Origin: a virus
Direction: 5' to 3' (one strand)
Length of the DNA: 64,000 bases
IMG/VR virus record: IMGVR_UViG_3300034008_000032
Made by a program: the position numbers and the translations under genes. Under the pieces are notes generated by a model, which made no database searches, was not told the origin of the DNA, and was given only the letters and a program-made list of their open reading frames with translations. The stretch's first letter is position 1. Each line of letters opens with the position of its first letter. This document shows, piece after piece, positions 62,916-64,000 of the stretch.

Positions 62916-64000
62916 GTGAGACCACCCCGCCTTGCCGCGCTGCTGACCGCAGCCGGCGTGACAGCAACAGCGATGCTCGCAGCAGCACTGCCAGCACAGG
63001 CAGCCCTGGCGCCGGTAACCAACGCCGGCGCCGCAGCCAGCGTCGGCTCGTGTGTGGCTGTACCCACCTACGACTCCACCCCCACCACCTCTGACTGCCC
63101 TAGCGGCTACGGCGGCATCGCGCTGAACACGTCTCGCAATGTGGCCGCGGTGTGGTGCGGCGCCGGCTGGGAATGCAGGAAGCAGAACTACGGCGGCGAC
63201 TACACATACTGGACCCCCGGCCCGAAGTGGCTGGACACCCCGGACTACACCCGCAAAATCTGGTCACGGCAGATAGCCGCACCTACACCGACGCCCACCC
63301 CGACACCGACGCAGGCACCTGACACCACCGTCACCACGTCCAACGTCACGTCAACCACGGTCACCGTCAACTGGACCGCTGTAGCCGGCGCCACCGGCTA
63401 CTACGTTGAGCGCGACGGTCAAGATTCCACCGGAGGGGGGCCCTGGGGCATCGAGGACCCGGCCACCGCACGCTCCCGGGTGTTCGACAAACTGATTCCG
63501 GGCGGCACCTACACCTTCTCGGTCACCCCGCGGCCCGGTGGCGTCAAGAAGAGCGTCACTGTCACCCTGCCGGGTGGCACCACCAGCCCGTCACCCACGG
63601 CCACTCCGTCCGAGACGACCAGCCCCACCCCGACGCCCACCACCACTGCGCCGGTGGACCCCACCGACTCCACCCCCGGCTGGCTGTCAGGTGCGGCGTC
63701 CCTGTACGCAGGCAACGGCACCTTCGGCACCTGGCGTGGGTCCCCCGTAGAGATTGGCGGCACCTGGCTGAACGACACCGCCGCCTACACCCTGCGGCCC
63801 GCCAGTGCATGCGGCGGCTGCAACGGCGAGTGGACCAACTTCGACGGGGCTATGGACATCGCGGTCAACCCGCCGTCCTTCCCGGGCTGGGCGGCCACCG
63901 CGGGCGGCGCGTCTGACCAGTTCTTCACAGACATGGCGAAGCAGATCAGCAGCGCACGCGCCGGTAAGGGCATCTCGTACGTCCGGCCGTGGCACGAGTG
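62916..64000 (+). CDS. secreted FN3 plus GH26-like glycoside hydrolase, 3'-truncated by the window
   Basis: AAGGAG SD; hand-translated open to the edge; signal peptide (AQA), PT linkers, FN3 (VTVNW...GYYVER...L.PG.TYTFSV), FGTWRGS...YVRPWHE. Confidence 0.75.
   Translation, partial: MRPPRLAALLTAAGVTATAMLAAALPAQAALAPVTNAGAAASVGSCVAVPTYDSTPTTSDCPSGYGGIALNTSRNVAAVWCGAGWECRKQNYGGDYTYWTPGPKWLDTPDYTRKIWSRQIAAPTPTPTPTPTQAPDTTVTTSNVTSTTVTVNWTAVAGATGYYVERDGQDSTGGGPWGIEDPATARSRVFDKLIPGGTYTFSVTPRPGGVKKSVTVTLPGGTTSPSPTATPSETTSPTPTPTTTAPVDPTDSTPGWLSGAASLYAGNGTFGTWRGSPVEIGGTWLNDTAAYTLRPASACGGCNGEWTNFDGAMDIAVNPPSFPGWAATAGGASDQFFTDMAKQISSARAGKGISYVRPWHE

Noticed and set aside
1-64000. GATC depletion
   Set aside because: Some GAA ATC / CAG ATT usage, but many GATC sites are present (for example near 712, 1623, 4365 and 13280); cannot be supported without counting
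1-64000. Diversity-generating retroelement, retron or toxin-antitoxin system
   Set aside because: No reverse transcriptase motif, no template/variable repeat pair, and no recognisable TA pair

Overview
This window is a GC-rich (about 68-70% by eye) tailed-phage genome segment, most likely a siphovirus of an actinobacterium. It is cut mid-gene at both ends. It contains small early genes (1-8.5 kb), TerS/TerL, an HK97-type portal/protease/capsid, head-tail and tail genes with a -1 frameshifted chaperone, a tape measure protein, a lysis cassette (31-34.5 kb), and recombination/replication genes (Rad52-like, SNF2, Rep with internal iterons, DnaB, two paralogous DNA methyltransferases, three HNH nucleases). 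A second, displaced fibre/glycan-enzyme module lies at 56-64 kb. I saw no integrase, DNA polymerase, tRNA or CRISPR array. Four signals stand out. (1) Eleven copies of one promoter/operator element occur; ten have a TTG -35 box and nine put an ATG exactly 36 nt after it (leaderless). A TGCC-N6-G(G/A)(C/T)A dyad overlaps the -10, and one copy drives an XRE regulator. (2) The tetramer AGCT is almost completely avoided. (3) A 1600-aa lectin/SGNH-esterase/Gly-repeat fibre is followed by a secreted FN3 plus GH26-like glycosidase. (4) Five dyad iterons lie inside the Rep gene. All product calls come from recalled motifs and gene order, not database searches.
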